Shown: piece after piece, positions 47,184 through 56,673 of the stretch | Position numbering within the stretch: position 1 is the first letter of the stretch | Layout: every line of letters starts with the position of its first letter | Position numbers and translations under genes: made by a program | Notes under the pieces: model-generated | The model's input: only the letters and a program-made list of their open reading frames with translations | Told to the model about the DNA's origin: nothing | The model's database searches: none | Assembly: GCA_965552055.1 (NCBI GenBank) | Contig: CBEVQO010000004.1 | Span: 106,213 to 170,212 of the forward strand | Origin: an uncultured bacterium | GTDB lineage: Bacteria > Hydrothermota > UBA3073 > NMUJ01 > CBEVQO01 | Length of the DNA: 64,000 nucleotides | Direction of reading: 5' to 3'

Positions 47184-47779
47184 TGTCTTTTTGTAATTAT
47201 TAGATAAGTTCCTTCAAAAGAAGATATAAGTTTCCATTCACTCATAAAACCATTTTCTTTTAAAAGTTTTAAGTAATCTTGTGGTTTAAAGAGGAAAACA
47301 GGTTTTTGCCACAATAATAAAGAGGTTTTTGCTACTATTTTTGCAAATAAAGTGGGGGCTTGCACTTTGATTAAGGCTATACCATCTTTTTTCAATATTT
47401 CCTTTAAATGCATTATGATATCTTTTGCTCTTTCATATTCTGCCATCAATAATAATATATTTTCAAATTTTTCGTTTATTTCGAAGAAATTCTTTTTTAT
47501 GAATTTGGCATTTTTAAATCTTTTTCTGGCAAATTTTATCATTTTGTTATCTACATCGAAAAAAGTGATGTTATGATTTTTTATTATCTTTACAAGATAG
47601 GGAAAGATATAACCCGTACTGGAGCCGACAACGCAAAGTTCTTTGGGATTAATTTCTTTTAGCGCTTTGATTATTATTTTGGTTGATTTTTGGCGAAAAA
47701 GTAAAAGGGGAGGAAGTTTAAAAGAAAATTCATAAAGCCAGAGAGGTACCCATAATTTTATTTTACCGAGTTTTGACAT
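47180..47779 (-). CDS. Class I SAM-dependent methyltransferase-like protein
   Basis: CVVGSSTG (motif I variant), TFFDVDNKMIKFARK; start trimmed to ATG 47779. Confidence 0.65.
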   Translation of the reverse strand: MSKLGKIKLWVPLWLYEFSFKLPPLLLFRQKSTKIIIKALKEINPKELCVVGSSTGYIFPYLVKIIKNHNITFFDVDNKMIKFARKRFKNAKFIKKNFFEINEKFENILLLMAEYERAKDIIMHLKEILKKDGIALIKVQAPTLFAKIVAKTSLLLWQKPVFLFKPQDYLKLLKENGFMSEWKLISSFEGTYLIITKRQ

Positions 47780-47784
47780 CTTCA

Positions 47785-47811
47785 ATTTTAATGAAAAAAA
47801 TTTTTTGTCAA
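47785..47811 (-). promoter_or_regulatory. Promoter TTGACA-N15-TAAAAT, leaderless
   Basis: TTGACA 47811-47806, TAAAAT 47790-47785, ATG 47779. Confidence 0.68.
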
Positions 47812-47854
47812 CAAATTCTTGACAATACAGGAAATCGATATAAATATTAGAATT

Positions 47855-50740
47855 ATGATACTGACACTATTGATTAGTTATATTTATACATGGAAGCCGC
47901 AAATCGTAGATAATGATGGAGATTGTGGCAAATGGTGCAGTATAGCATGTGATTCCGCGGGCAATCTTTATGTTTCTTATTATAATGCAACGAAAGATTC
48001 ATTATTTTATGCAAGATTTGACGGAAATAATTGGGAAAAAACAGGAATTACAAAAGGAGGAATTTTCTCTTCACTTGCTATTGACCAAAATAAAAATCCT
48101 CACATTGTATTTTATTCTTCTGATAGGAGATACCTTTTGCATACCTATTTTGATACAGTTTGGCATTTTGATACCATTGATACGGTGCTGGGTGGGTATT
48201 GTGATATTGCTTGTAGATTTGGGAAAATATTTGTCGTTTATTATGACAGTATAAATGGAGACCTTAAAGGAGCCATAATAGGGGACTCAATATCTATAGG
48301 TATTTTTGACACCACAGGTGATGTAGGTAAATGGGCTTCGGTTTCGATTCCATCAGATACTTCGCTGGCATTTGCAGTTATTTCTTACTATAGAAAAGAT
48401 AAAGGAGATTTTTTGGGTTGTTACAAAACAGCGGGAACATGGTTTAAATTACAAATAGACACTATGGGGGATGTGGGCAAGTACTCAGATTGCGTTGTTT
48501 CTTCAAATGCCGATTATATCTATGCCTTTTTCTCTTATTTTGATGAGACAAATTCCAAATTGAAACTATTTGCATGCAGTGCTTATGTTAAAATTGATAC
48601 TATTTTCCTTGGTTTCGTTGATACATCTTTATCTTCTGGTTATTACACTTCTGTTACATCTTATAAGTTATCGCCGTTTGTTAGCTATCATCAAAAAAAT
48701 AAAGGTATCCTTAAAGTTGCTTATTTTTATAACAGAAAATGGTTTATAAAGCCAGCAGACACCATAGGAATTTGTGGTTTGTATTCTTCATGTGTGAGTG
48801 ACGGAAAATATGTTCATATTGTATATTATGATTCTTTGTCTAAGTCTCTAAAATATTTAAAATGCAAACCAGATTCTGTGAACAGTGTGAAGAAGATAAT
48901 ACCGGATACGATAAGAGTGATTTCTGAGACATTAAAAGTGTTTAAGATAATTTTTGCTTTTCCTTTATCTTTTACTTCGGTTCAAAAAGTAGAAGATTCT
49001 ATTTCACTTAAGGGTACAAAATCGGGAGAGCACTCTTTAATCGAGATTAGTGTAAATGGAGAGACATTAAAAATCGTTAAGGATGATAGTTCATTCATTG
49101 AAGGAGAAACATTAACATTGTATATTCCAAAAAGCATAAAAGACATTCACGGTATGGAAATATTGAGAGAATATTATCTTCGATTTAAGGTAAAATCTTA
49201 TCCACCTTATTTGCTATTTACCGAACCTTTTGATGGAGAAGGAAAAGTATCTTATGATTGTCAAAGAGTGAAAGCAGTTTTTTCTGAGAAGATGGATTCT
49301 CTGTCTATCATTAAATCGTTAAATTTGCGTCATACTTTTATAAAAGGAGAAGTTTCAGGTAATCATCAATATGACTCTATAAAGATTGCTCTTGAAACAC
49401 TTTATATTTATTTGAATCCAAAAAAGAAATTTTATGAAAAAGAGAAAGTTTATTTTGTGATAGGAGCTGATGTAAGGGACTTTCACGGCATTGAAAAAGG
49501 AGTTGTAGATAGTGTTTGCTTTTATATTGAGGGTTTTCCTCCTTCACCTCCTTTGAATGTATGTGCGAATGGGACAAATCCTTCTCCGTGGACTTCAAAT
49601 GGAATGTTTGTGATAACATGGGAAAATCCACCAAGAGATACATCTTATCAAAGTCCTGTAAAATATGCATTTTATAAAATAAGCAAAAGACCTGCTTTTG
49701 ATTACGATACAACAGGCAAGTTTATTTCTTCTCCTTCTACTCTTTATTGTGCTCTACAGGGGATAGATACAGTTTTTGTATGGCTTGTTGATACGATGGA
49801 ATGCTTGAGCTGCGATAGTTTAAGTTTAGTAATTCTTAGAGGCGATACTTTGCCTCCACTTTACCCTGAGTCTATTTATGTCAATGGATTAGCAAAGGTA
49901 AAGGGGTGGTTCAATTTTGATACATTATGGATTAGATATAAAGAAAATCCTGTACAAACAAAATCTGATATTTCTGGCATTCGGCGTGCTTTTTATAAAA
50001 TAGGGGAGCCTCCTTCGCATCCATATGATACAACAGGAAGTTCCAAGGAAAATCCTTTCCTCGTGAAAATGCCAGAAGGTGAAAGCGAATTTTTCCTTTG
50101 GCTTCAGGATAATTCTGGAAATGTAAACCATATTAACAATAAAAATGTAAAGATAAGAGTCGATCTTACTTCTCCGGAGATAATCGATGTTATTGCCAAA
50201 AATGTCAGAAAGGATACTTTTGAGGTTAGAGTGAGAGCAAGAGATAGATTGTCTGGAATTAATCTTATAAAGATTTACAATACACAAGGTGAGATTATAA
50301 ATTCGTTGCAAGTTGTTGATACATTGATAGACACTTCATTGCGTTTTTACGCACAGGATACAACATATATTGTGAGTGTCATAGATAGTGCAGGTAATGA
50401 AAGTGAGAAAGAAAAGGTAACCATTATTCCGGAGTTTTTAACAAGACGGGAAGTCTATGCATATCCCAATCCTGCAAAAGATTATGTTTATTTTCACTTC
50501 TTATTGAATAAAGATGCCAAGGTAGTTGTAGCGGTGTACAATCTTCGGGGCTATCTTGTAAGGAAAATTGTAAAAGAAGTTCCTGGAGGAAGACCTTCTC
50601 ATTTGTTACCACAGGAGCAAAGGATTAAATTATCTACTTATGGTTTACCACCCGGAGTTTATTATTATAGGTTTACAGCGATACCTGAGAATGGAGGGAG
50701 AAAAGTCTCGGTGAAAGGCAAATTTGCGATAGTGAAATGA
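47855..50740 (+). CDS. Secreted multidomain protein (propeller, Ig-like domains, T9SS-like CTD)
   Basis: SYYD...GDLK-type repeats; TEPFDGE...KAVFSEKMD (Big_5-like); C-terminal VYAYPNPAKD...VYNLRGYLV...GVYYY. Confidence 0.7.
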   Translation: MILTLLISYIYTWKPQIVDNDGDCGKWCSIACDSAGNLYVSYYNATKDSLFYARFDGNNWEKTGITKGGIFSSLAIDQNKNPHIVFYSSDRRYLLHTYFDTVWHFDTIDTVLGGYCDIACRFGKIFVVYYDSINGDLKGAIIGDSISIGIFDTTGDVGKWASVSIPSDTSLAFAVISYYRKDKGDFLGCYKTAGTWFKLQIDTMGDVGKYSDCVVSSNADYIYAFFSYFDETNSKLKLFACSAYVKIDTIFLGFVDTSLSSGYYTSVTSYKLSPFVSYHQKNKGILKVAYFYNRKWFIKPADTIGICGLYSSCVSDGKYVHIVYYDSLSKSLKYLKCKPDSVNSVKKIIPDTIRVISETLKVFKIIFAFPLSFTSVQKVEDSISLKGTKSGEHSLIEISVNGETLKIVKDDSSFIEGETLTLYIPKSIKDIHGMEILREYYLRFKVKSYPPYLLFTEPFDGEGKVSYDCQRVKAVFSEKMDSLSIIKSLNLRHTFIKGEVSGNHQYDSIKIALETLYIYLNPKKKFYEKEKVYFVIGADVRDFHGIEKGVVDSVCFYIEGFPPSPPLNVCANGTNPSPWTSNGMFVITWENPPRDTSYQSPVKYAFYKISKRPAFDYDTTGKFISSPSTLYCALQGIDTVFVWLVDTMECLSCDSLSLVILRGDTLPPLYPESIYVNGLAKVKGWFNFDTLWIRYKENPVQTKSDISGIRRAFYKIGEPPSHPYDTTGSSKENPFLVKMPEGESEFFLWLQDNSGNVNHINNKNVKIRVDLTSPEIIDVIAKNVRKDTFEVRVRARDRLSGINLIKIYNTQGEIINSLQVVDTLIDTSLRFYAQDTTYIVSVIDSAGNESEKEKVTIIPEFLTRREVYAYPNPAKDYVYFHFLLNKDAKVVVAVYNLRGYLVRKIVKEVPGGRPSHLLPQEQRIKLSTYGLPPGVYYYRFTAIPENGGRKVSVKGKFAIVK

Positions 50741-52584
50741 TTATATTTCTGATATTACTTTTTGAAAGCGTCTATTATGGAGATGCAGCAAAATATATGG
50801 GGATGGGAGAAGTTGGAGTAGCGAGTGCTGTGGGTGTAAACGGATTTTCTCTGAATCCTGCTCTTATTTCTTATAGTAAAGGATTAGAAGTTTCTTTTAC
50901 ATATTATTCACTCATGCTCGGGACATTTTATTTTTCTACTTCCCTTAAGGCGGATATAAAAGACTATAAAGTTGGGATAGTGTTTAAATCTATATCAACT
51001 GAAATAACAGGTAGAGAAGGAGTTTCGGAAGAACCTTTTAAATATTCTTTTTCTTCTTATTATACCGGGATTGGAGTTGCAAGAAAACTTTATAATGATT
51101 TTGCCATCGGTTGTATTTTGGGTTATCCCTATGATAAGATATATGAGAAAAGTTATGCGGGCTTTGTATTGCAAAGTGGCGCATCTTATAGATCTTATTG
51201 GCGTGGTTTTATTTATGGAGCAGGTTTAAATTTTCGTACAATTTCGCAATTTCCTTCGGGAGATTATGGATTTCATTTTTTCATGGATGCAGAAATAGGT
51301 ATATTTTTGCGCAGGAATTTTACATTAGAAATAGTATATAATCCTTTTGTGCGTAATTTATTAAAGTTAGGGATTGAATATGCTTATGAAGGTTTTTTTG
51401 TCAGGATGGGATTTCAAAATTTACCTGATAAGCGTTTATCAATTGGCTTTGGATGGAGTGGCACTCCTGTAGATATAGACTATGCCCTTATAAGGCATAG
51501 AGCATTTGATTTTATAAATGCATTAACTTTTTCATATTATCACGAAAGAATGTTGAAACAAAGAAAAGAGAGACTTGCGCGTATAGAAGAATTGCTGAGA
51601 AAGAAGGAAATGGTAACAGCCCGCTCTTGCTATGAAATAGGTATGGAATATTTTAAAAAAGGAGAATATGATCTTGCTATAAAACAATGGGAATTGGCTT
51701 TGCTCTGGTGCCCCGATTATAGGGAAGCCAAGAAGATGATAGAAGAAGCTTGGAGAAGGAAAAGAGAACTTCGCGTGAAGGAGCATCTTCAAAAAGCTAA
51801 AAAATATTTAAGAGCGGGAAAATACATAGAAGCCATAGTAGAGAGCAAAGAAGCGCTGAAGATAGATTCGACTTGTAAATCAGCCGATTCAATAATGAAG
51901 GTAGCGGAAAACATCCTTCAGGAAAAAATTGAGAAACTTTCGGAGATAGAAGAAAAATTATTTAGAGAAGGAGTTAATCTTTATTTGGCTGGGAATTACG
52001 ATGGTGCGATTAAAAAGTGGAAAGAGGTTCTAAAAATAAATCCCGAGCATAAAGAAGCACTTCTTTACATAAAGAGAGCAAGGATAGAAAAAGAAAAGAG
52101 ATTATCAATGAACCTTAATATGGCACAAAAGTATCTTGCGGAAGGAAAATGGAAACTGGCAAGGAAATATTATTTGAGAGCAAGAAATATTTCACCTAAA
52201 GACAAAAGAGTAAAAACATTCGCTTACAATTATAGGAAAAAACTTCGTCTTTATTTAAAGGGCCTTGAAAAAGAAGGTATATCTTTATTTAATCAAAATA
52301 GGTTTTTAGAAGCAGAGGCTAAATTTAGAAAAATTCTGGAAATAAATCCTCAAAATGAAATTGCTTTATCTTATATTGATAAAATTAAAAAGAAGAGAAT
52401 TTCATTGCGTCAAAAAGATATTCGTCAATATTATATCAATGGAATAAATGCTTATGCAAAAGATGATTTTGAAACTGCTATTTACTGGTGGAAAAAAATA
52501 TTAGAAATTGACCCTGAAAATGAAAAAGCGAAACAGGCGATAAAACGGGCAGAGATGCATCTTCAAAAAATGGGTTCTTTATAG
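50737..52584 (+). CDS. PorV/PorQ-family barrel fused to C-terminal TPR domain
   Basis: AAKYMGMGEVGVA....FSLNPA; C-terminal half of TPRs (GEYDLAIKQWELAL, GNYDGAIKKWKEVL). Confidence 0.75.
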   Translation: MIIFLILLFESVYYGDAAKYMGMGEVGVASAVGVNGFSLNPALISYSKGLEVSFTYYSLMLGTFYFSTSLKADIKDYKVGIVFKSISTEITGREGVSEEPFKYSFSSYYTGIGVARKLYNDFAIGCILGYPYDKIYEKSYAGFVLQSGASYRSYWRGFIYGAGLNFRTISQFPSGDYGFHFFMDAEIGIFLRRNFTLEIVYNPFVRNLLKLGIEYAYEGFFVRMGFQNLPDKRLSIGFGWSGTPVDIDYALIRHRAFDFINALTFSYYHERMLKQRKERLARIEELLRKKEMVTARSCYEIGMEYFKKGEYDLAIKQWELALLWCPDYREAKKMIEEAWRRKRELRVKEHLQKAKKYLRAGKYIEAIVESKEALKIDSTCKSADSIMKVAENILQEKIEKLSEIEEKLFREGVNLYLAGNYDGAIKKWKEVLKINPEHKEALLYIKRARIEKEKRLSMNLNMAQKYLAEGKWKLARKYYLRARNISPKDKRVKTFAYNYRKKLRLYLKGLEKEGISLFNQNRFLEAEAKFRKILEINPQNEIALSYIDKIKKKRISLRQKDIRQYYINGINAYAKDDFETAIYWWKKILEIDPENEKAKQAIKRAEMHLQKMGSL

Positions 52585-53223
52585 TCCCAGAGATTCGTTT
52601 ATCAAAACAATAGTGATTCTACCTTTAAAGGGTTGCCTTTCGATGATTAATAAATAATTGCAGATTCTATCAGTTGAATCACAATCCGTGCATTTACCGA
52701 GTGTGACACAAGGAGTATTTTTATTAAGCCTTTTCGCATTTAAAATAGCTGCATAGTTTCTAATTCTTGAAATTGCATCTTCAACAGAGCCTGCGATTTT
52801 GTTGACACCTGCCACTAAAATTACTTTTTTGGGACCGAACATTATGGCTGCAACTCTATTTCCGTAAGCATCGAGGTAAACAAGTTTGCCGTCCATTGTG
52901 ATAGCATTTATCCCCGTTATAAAATAGTCAGCTGTCAAACCTTTTTTTCGCATTTCGAATTTTTCTTCTTTTGAGAGATTTTTATCGTAAGGGTCGAAGA
53001 AAGTGTAATTGCCATTTTTAAGTGCATCATAAAGCCCTATCTCCTGCACTGTTAAAGAGCCACCCATACCGACAGTTGAGCCATCGGGTATCATTTCGAG
53101 AATTTTCTTTAATGCTTCTTCTTTGTTGTCACAGAAAATAACTTCATAACCCTTTGCTTTTAATATGGGAATTAATTTTTCTGCACGAATCTTCCTCAGC
53201 CAGTGTTTTAGCTCGTATCGCAT
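52579..53223 (-). CDS. LUD-domain (lactate utilization/YkgG-like) protein
   Basis: VGMGGSLT, ADYFITGINAITMDGKLVYLDAYGNRVAAIMFGPKKV, CTDCDSTDRIC. Confidence 0.85.
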   Translation of the reverse strand: MRYELKHWLRKIRAEKLIPILKAKGYEVIFCDNKEEALKKILEMIPDGSTVGMGGSLTVQEIGLYDALKNGNYTFFDPYDKNLSKEEKFEMRKKGLTADYFITGINAITMDGKLVYLDAYGNRVAAIMFGPKKVILVAGVNKIAGSVEDAISRIRNYAAILNAKRLNKNTPCVTLGKCTDCDSTDRICNYLLIIERQPFKGRITIVLINESLGL

Positions 53224-53228
53224 CTATT

Positions 53229-53255
53229 AATATAATCATTTTGCGGATAAGTCAA
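53229..53255 (-). promoter_or_regulatory. Promoter TTGACT-N15-TATATT, leaderless
   Basis: TTGACT 53255-53250, TATATT 53234-53229, ATG 53223. Confidence 0.62.
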
Positions 53256-53296
53256 TAATTTTTATTGACAAATTTATATTTTGTCGAAATTTAAAA

Positions 53297-55585
53297 GTGA
53301 TAATTTTTTTACTGCAATTAAATTGCGATTCTCTAATAAATTTGCTTACGAAATTAACTTATGAAGAGAGGCAGAATCTATACAGGAGCATAAATTTTGA
53401 TAAATCTTTATGTGAATCTTTATTTTTTCGAGCAAAAAATTCTGCATTGATTGGTAAAATTTATAGGGGCTATAAAATTGCGAGTTATCTGGATGAGATA
53501 AGTGATTTTTTAAATGATAGTTTGTGTAAGGCAAAGGTTTACTGGCTTTATGGCTTTTTGAATTACTGTGAGGGACATTATGCTGATGCAGTGCCGTATT
53601 TTGAAAAGAGCCTTGATATTTTTGGGCAATATCATGATACTCTAAATAAGGGCAGGGCTTTACATGCTCTTGCTGTTACTTTATACTATCAGGGCAGATT
53701 TAAAGAAGCGATGAAAAATTATAAAAGGGCACTCGGAATTTTTAAAAAATACAGTGTAAATGACGAAATCGAATGCCTTAACAATATCGGTTTATGTTAT
53801 TATCAGGAGCAAAAATTTGATAGTGCGTTATTTTATTATCATAAAGCATGTTCTCTTTTGCCTTGCTGTGAAAAAGAAAAAAAGAAAAGAATTTTGCCTT
53901 TGTTATACAATAATATTGGGGTGTTGTATGATAAAATTTACCTGAAAAAACTTGCGAAAAAATACTGGCTAAAAATAATCAAGGAGTCAAATTTTAAATG
54001 GGCTTTAGCCTGTGCTTATGCAAATATTGGGAGGCTTTACCAGGAGCGCTCCGAAGAAGATAGTGCCATTTTATTTCTGTTGAAATCTCTTGAATATTAT
54101 AAGAAGATAAGAAACAGGAGGGGCGAAGCACAGGTTTATAATAATCTTTCGCAATGCTATATCAATAGTGACTGGCATAAAGCTTTATTTTATGCAAGAA
54201 GGGCTTTAAAATTGAATAGTGAAACGGGCGATTATGATAATTATTGTTATTGCCTATTTTTCATTTCAAAGATTTTTTTATCTGCGAATTATAGAGATTC
54301 TGCTTTGTTTTATATTAATAAGATGCTGAACATGGAGCGTTTTCCCGTTAAATTAAAATGGAGAGTTTTTCTTTTGAAAGGTGACATTGTTTTTGACTCT
54401 TCTTTATTTTATTATAAAAAGGCATTGGAGACACTGGAAGCGAGTATTAAGCATGCCCGGAAGATTGAAGTTAAAGCTGGACTTTATGAAAATTTATCAA
54501 AACCTTATTTTAAAATTGCCGAATTCTTTGCAAAAAGAGGTAAAAAGGATTCGGTTTTAAAGTATCTTGAATTATCTTCACAGAATGTTTTAAAAGAAGT
54601 CACAGGGTATAAGATGGGTGTAAATATTAGAAGATTGAGAGAAAAGTTGAGGACATTACAGATAGCCTTTATAGCCAATTATGAGAATGAATTTTTAATC
54701 CTGTTTATGAGGAATGATAGTATCCATGTCTTCCTGAAAGATATTCCTGTTGAGAGTTTGAGGTCTGTTAAAGGAAGGATATTTGAAAGCCTCATAAATG
54801 CGGTTAATATGAAGAAGATAGAGATTCCGTATAGGGAGTTGAAATGGCTTTATGATAAGATATTTTCGTGCATAGATAGTTTTATTGATACTTCTTCGGT
54901 TCTGTTTATAGTTCCTCATTTTGAGTTGCTCGAAATACCTGTAGAATGTTTATGGGATGGTGATAGATTTCTGGGTGAGAGATATAAAATTGTTTATTTA
55001 CCTTCTTTATCTTTGTTGCGTAAGAGCAAAAAGCGATTTGGTAATTTATTGTTGTATGCTTATGGTAAGGAGTTAAGATACACTATTGCTGAAGTAAATG
55101 CTATAAAATCTATATGGGGGACTGCAGTTGTAGATACATCGGGTAAATTTTTGAAGGCTGTATCGGAATATGATATTTTACATCTTGCGACACATGGGCT
55201 TTTCAATGAAGATGATATAATGAATTCTGGTGTGCTTTTAAGCGATGATACACTTTGTCTGAATGAAGTGCTTAAAATGAATTTGAATTTATCCCTGTGT
55301 GTTTTATCAGCGTGCGAGACATCATTTCTTGTTCGTTATCCTTCTTCTCCCTTTTTTGGACTTGTTTTTGCTTTCATAGCCAGGGGTACGGATTTTGTTG
55401 TAAGTTCCAACTGGCCTGTAAGAGATGTTATAGCTTACAATTTTATGGTTGCTTTTTATAAGAAATTAAGGGAGACAGGAGATGTAGTGGATGCAATGAA
55501 GTATGCCCGTGTTAGTTTGTTGAATAAATACAAGCATCCTGCTTTCTGGTCTACCTTTATACTGGTGGGATGCGTGAGAAAATAA
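53297..55585 (+). CDS. TPR-CHAT (caspase-like) protease
   Basis: TPRs (LNNIGLCYY, YNNIGVLY, YANIGRLY); CHAT dyad ILHLATHG and VLSACET; SNWPV; HPAFWSTF. Confidence 0.88.
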   Translation: MIIFLLQLNCDSLINLLTKLTYEERQNLYRSINFDKSLCESLFFRAKNSALIGKIYRGYKIASYLDEISDFLNDSLCKAKVYWLYGFLNYCEGHYADAVPYFEKSLDIFGQYHDTLNKGRALHALAVTLYYQGRFKEAMKNYKRALGIFKKYSVNDEIECLNNIGLCYYQEQKFDSALFYYHKACSLLPCCEKEKKKRILPLLYNNIGVLYDKIYLKKLAKKYWLKIIKESNFKWALACAYANIGRLYQERSEEDSAILFLLKSLEYYKKIRNRRGEAQVYNNLSQCYINSDWHKALFYARRALKLNSETGDYDNYCYCLFFISKIFLSANYRDSALFYINKMLNMERFPVKLKWRVFLLKGDIVFDSSLFYYKKALETLEASIKHARKIEVKAGLYENLSKPYFKIAEFFAKRGKKDSVLKYLELSSQNVLKEVTGYKMGVNIRRLREKLRTLQIAFIANYENEFLILFMRNDSIHVFLKDIPVESLRSVKGRIFESLINAVNMKKIEIPYRELKWLYDKIFSCIDSFIDTSSVLFIVPHFELLEIPVECLWDGDRFLGERYKIVYLPSLSLLRKSKKRFGNLLLYAYGKELRYTIAEVNAIKSIWGTAVVDTSGKFLKAVSEYDILHLATHGLFNEDDIMNSGVLLSDDTLCLNEVLKMNLNLSLCVLSACETSFLVRYPSSPFFGLVFAFIARGTDFVVSSNWPVRDVIAYNFMVAFYKKLRETGDVVDAMKYARVSLLNKYKHPAFWSTFILVGCVRK

Positions 55586-56664
55586 AAATATTGATAATAG
55601 GACCAACCCCTCCGCCATACTTTGGAACAGCTGTGGCGACACAAAAGATATTACAAAATGAAAAATTAAATAAAAAATTCGATTTATTGCATCTTGATAC
55701 ATCGGATAGAAGGGGAGTCGAGAATATAGGGAGATGGGATTTGCAAAACATTAAACTTGCCATTTTTCACATTTTAAAATTATTTCTGTTGCTTCTGAAG
55801 AAAAAAGTAAATCTTACATACATCCCGATTGCCCAAAATGTACCCGGTTTTTTGCGAGACGGGATTTTTATTCTTATAAGCAAGCTTTTTGGCAAAAAAG
55901 TAGTTTGTCATCTCAGGGGAAGTTATTTCAGGGATTTTTATGAGAGAACAAATTCCATTATGCGATTTTATATAAAGTTCTGTCTGAAAAAAGTCGATAG
56001 AATGATAGTATTGTGCGAAAGGTTGAAGAAAATTTTTAGTGGTCTCATAGATGATAAGAAAATATCCGTGGTGCCGAATGGTTTACCCGTTAGGGAATTA
56101 ATAAGGAGAAAAGGTGAGCATTTTTTATATTTAAGTAATCTTTCTGCAGGTAAGGGGGTATTCTTTGCATTGAATGGCTTAAAAATTCTGGATAAAGATT
56201 TGCACTTTAAGTTTATATTCGCAGGCAACTGGCGTAACTCATATGATAAGAAGAGGGCGATTGAGATTATAAAAAGTTTTAAAAAAATCGATGTGCAACT
56301 GGTTGGTGCAGTGAAGGGCGAAGAAAAATCGGAATTGATGTCGAAATCCATAGCTCTTATTTTTACTCCTGTTCATAAAGAAGGTATGCCATGGGTGATA
56401 ATAGAGGCACTCTCCTATGGTTTACCCATTATTTCGACAGATAGAGGGTGTATCCCAGATATGGTAAAGGATGGTGAAAATGGTTTTATAGTGAAGGATG
56501 AGAAAGATCTGGCAGAAAAGATAAAGATATTGCTGGAGAATGAAGAATTAAGGGAAAAAATGTGCAGGAAATCGCGAGAGATTTTTTTAAATTATTACAA
56601 TGAGGATAAAAGTATGGAGAAGTTTATCGAAGTTTTTCACTTGACTTTTTCATCAAAAGGATAA
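55570..56664 (+). CDS. Glycosyltransferase family 4
   Basis: IIGPTPPPYFG, YLSNLSAGKG, EGMPWVIIEALSYGLPIISTDRG. Confidence 0.9.
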   Translation: MREKIKILIIGPTPPPYFGTAVATQKILQNEKLNKKFDLLHLDTSDRRGVENIGRWDLQNIKLAIFHILKLFLLLLKKKVNLTYIPIAQNVPGFLRDGIFILISKLFGKKVVCHLRGSYFRDFYERTNSIMRFYIKFCLKKVDRMIVLCERLKKIFSGLIDDKKISVVPNGLPVRELIRRKGEHFLYLSNLSAGKGVFFALNGLKILDKDLHFKFIFAGNWRNSYDKKRAIEIIKSFKKIDVQLVGAVKGEEKSELMSKSIALIFTPVHKEGMPWVIIEALSYGLPIISTDRGCIPDMVKDGENGFIVKDEKDLAEKIKILLENEELREKMCRKSREIFLNYYNEDKSMEKFIEVFHLTFSSKG

Positions 56665-56667
56665 AAT
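56641..56667 (+). promoter_or_regulatory. Promoter TTGACT-N15-TAAAAT, leaderless
   Basis: TTGACT 56641-56646, TAAAAT 56662-56667, GTG 56674. Confidence 0.62.
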
Positions 56668-56673
56668 AATATA

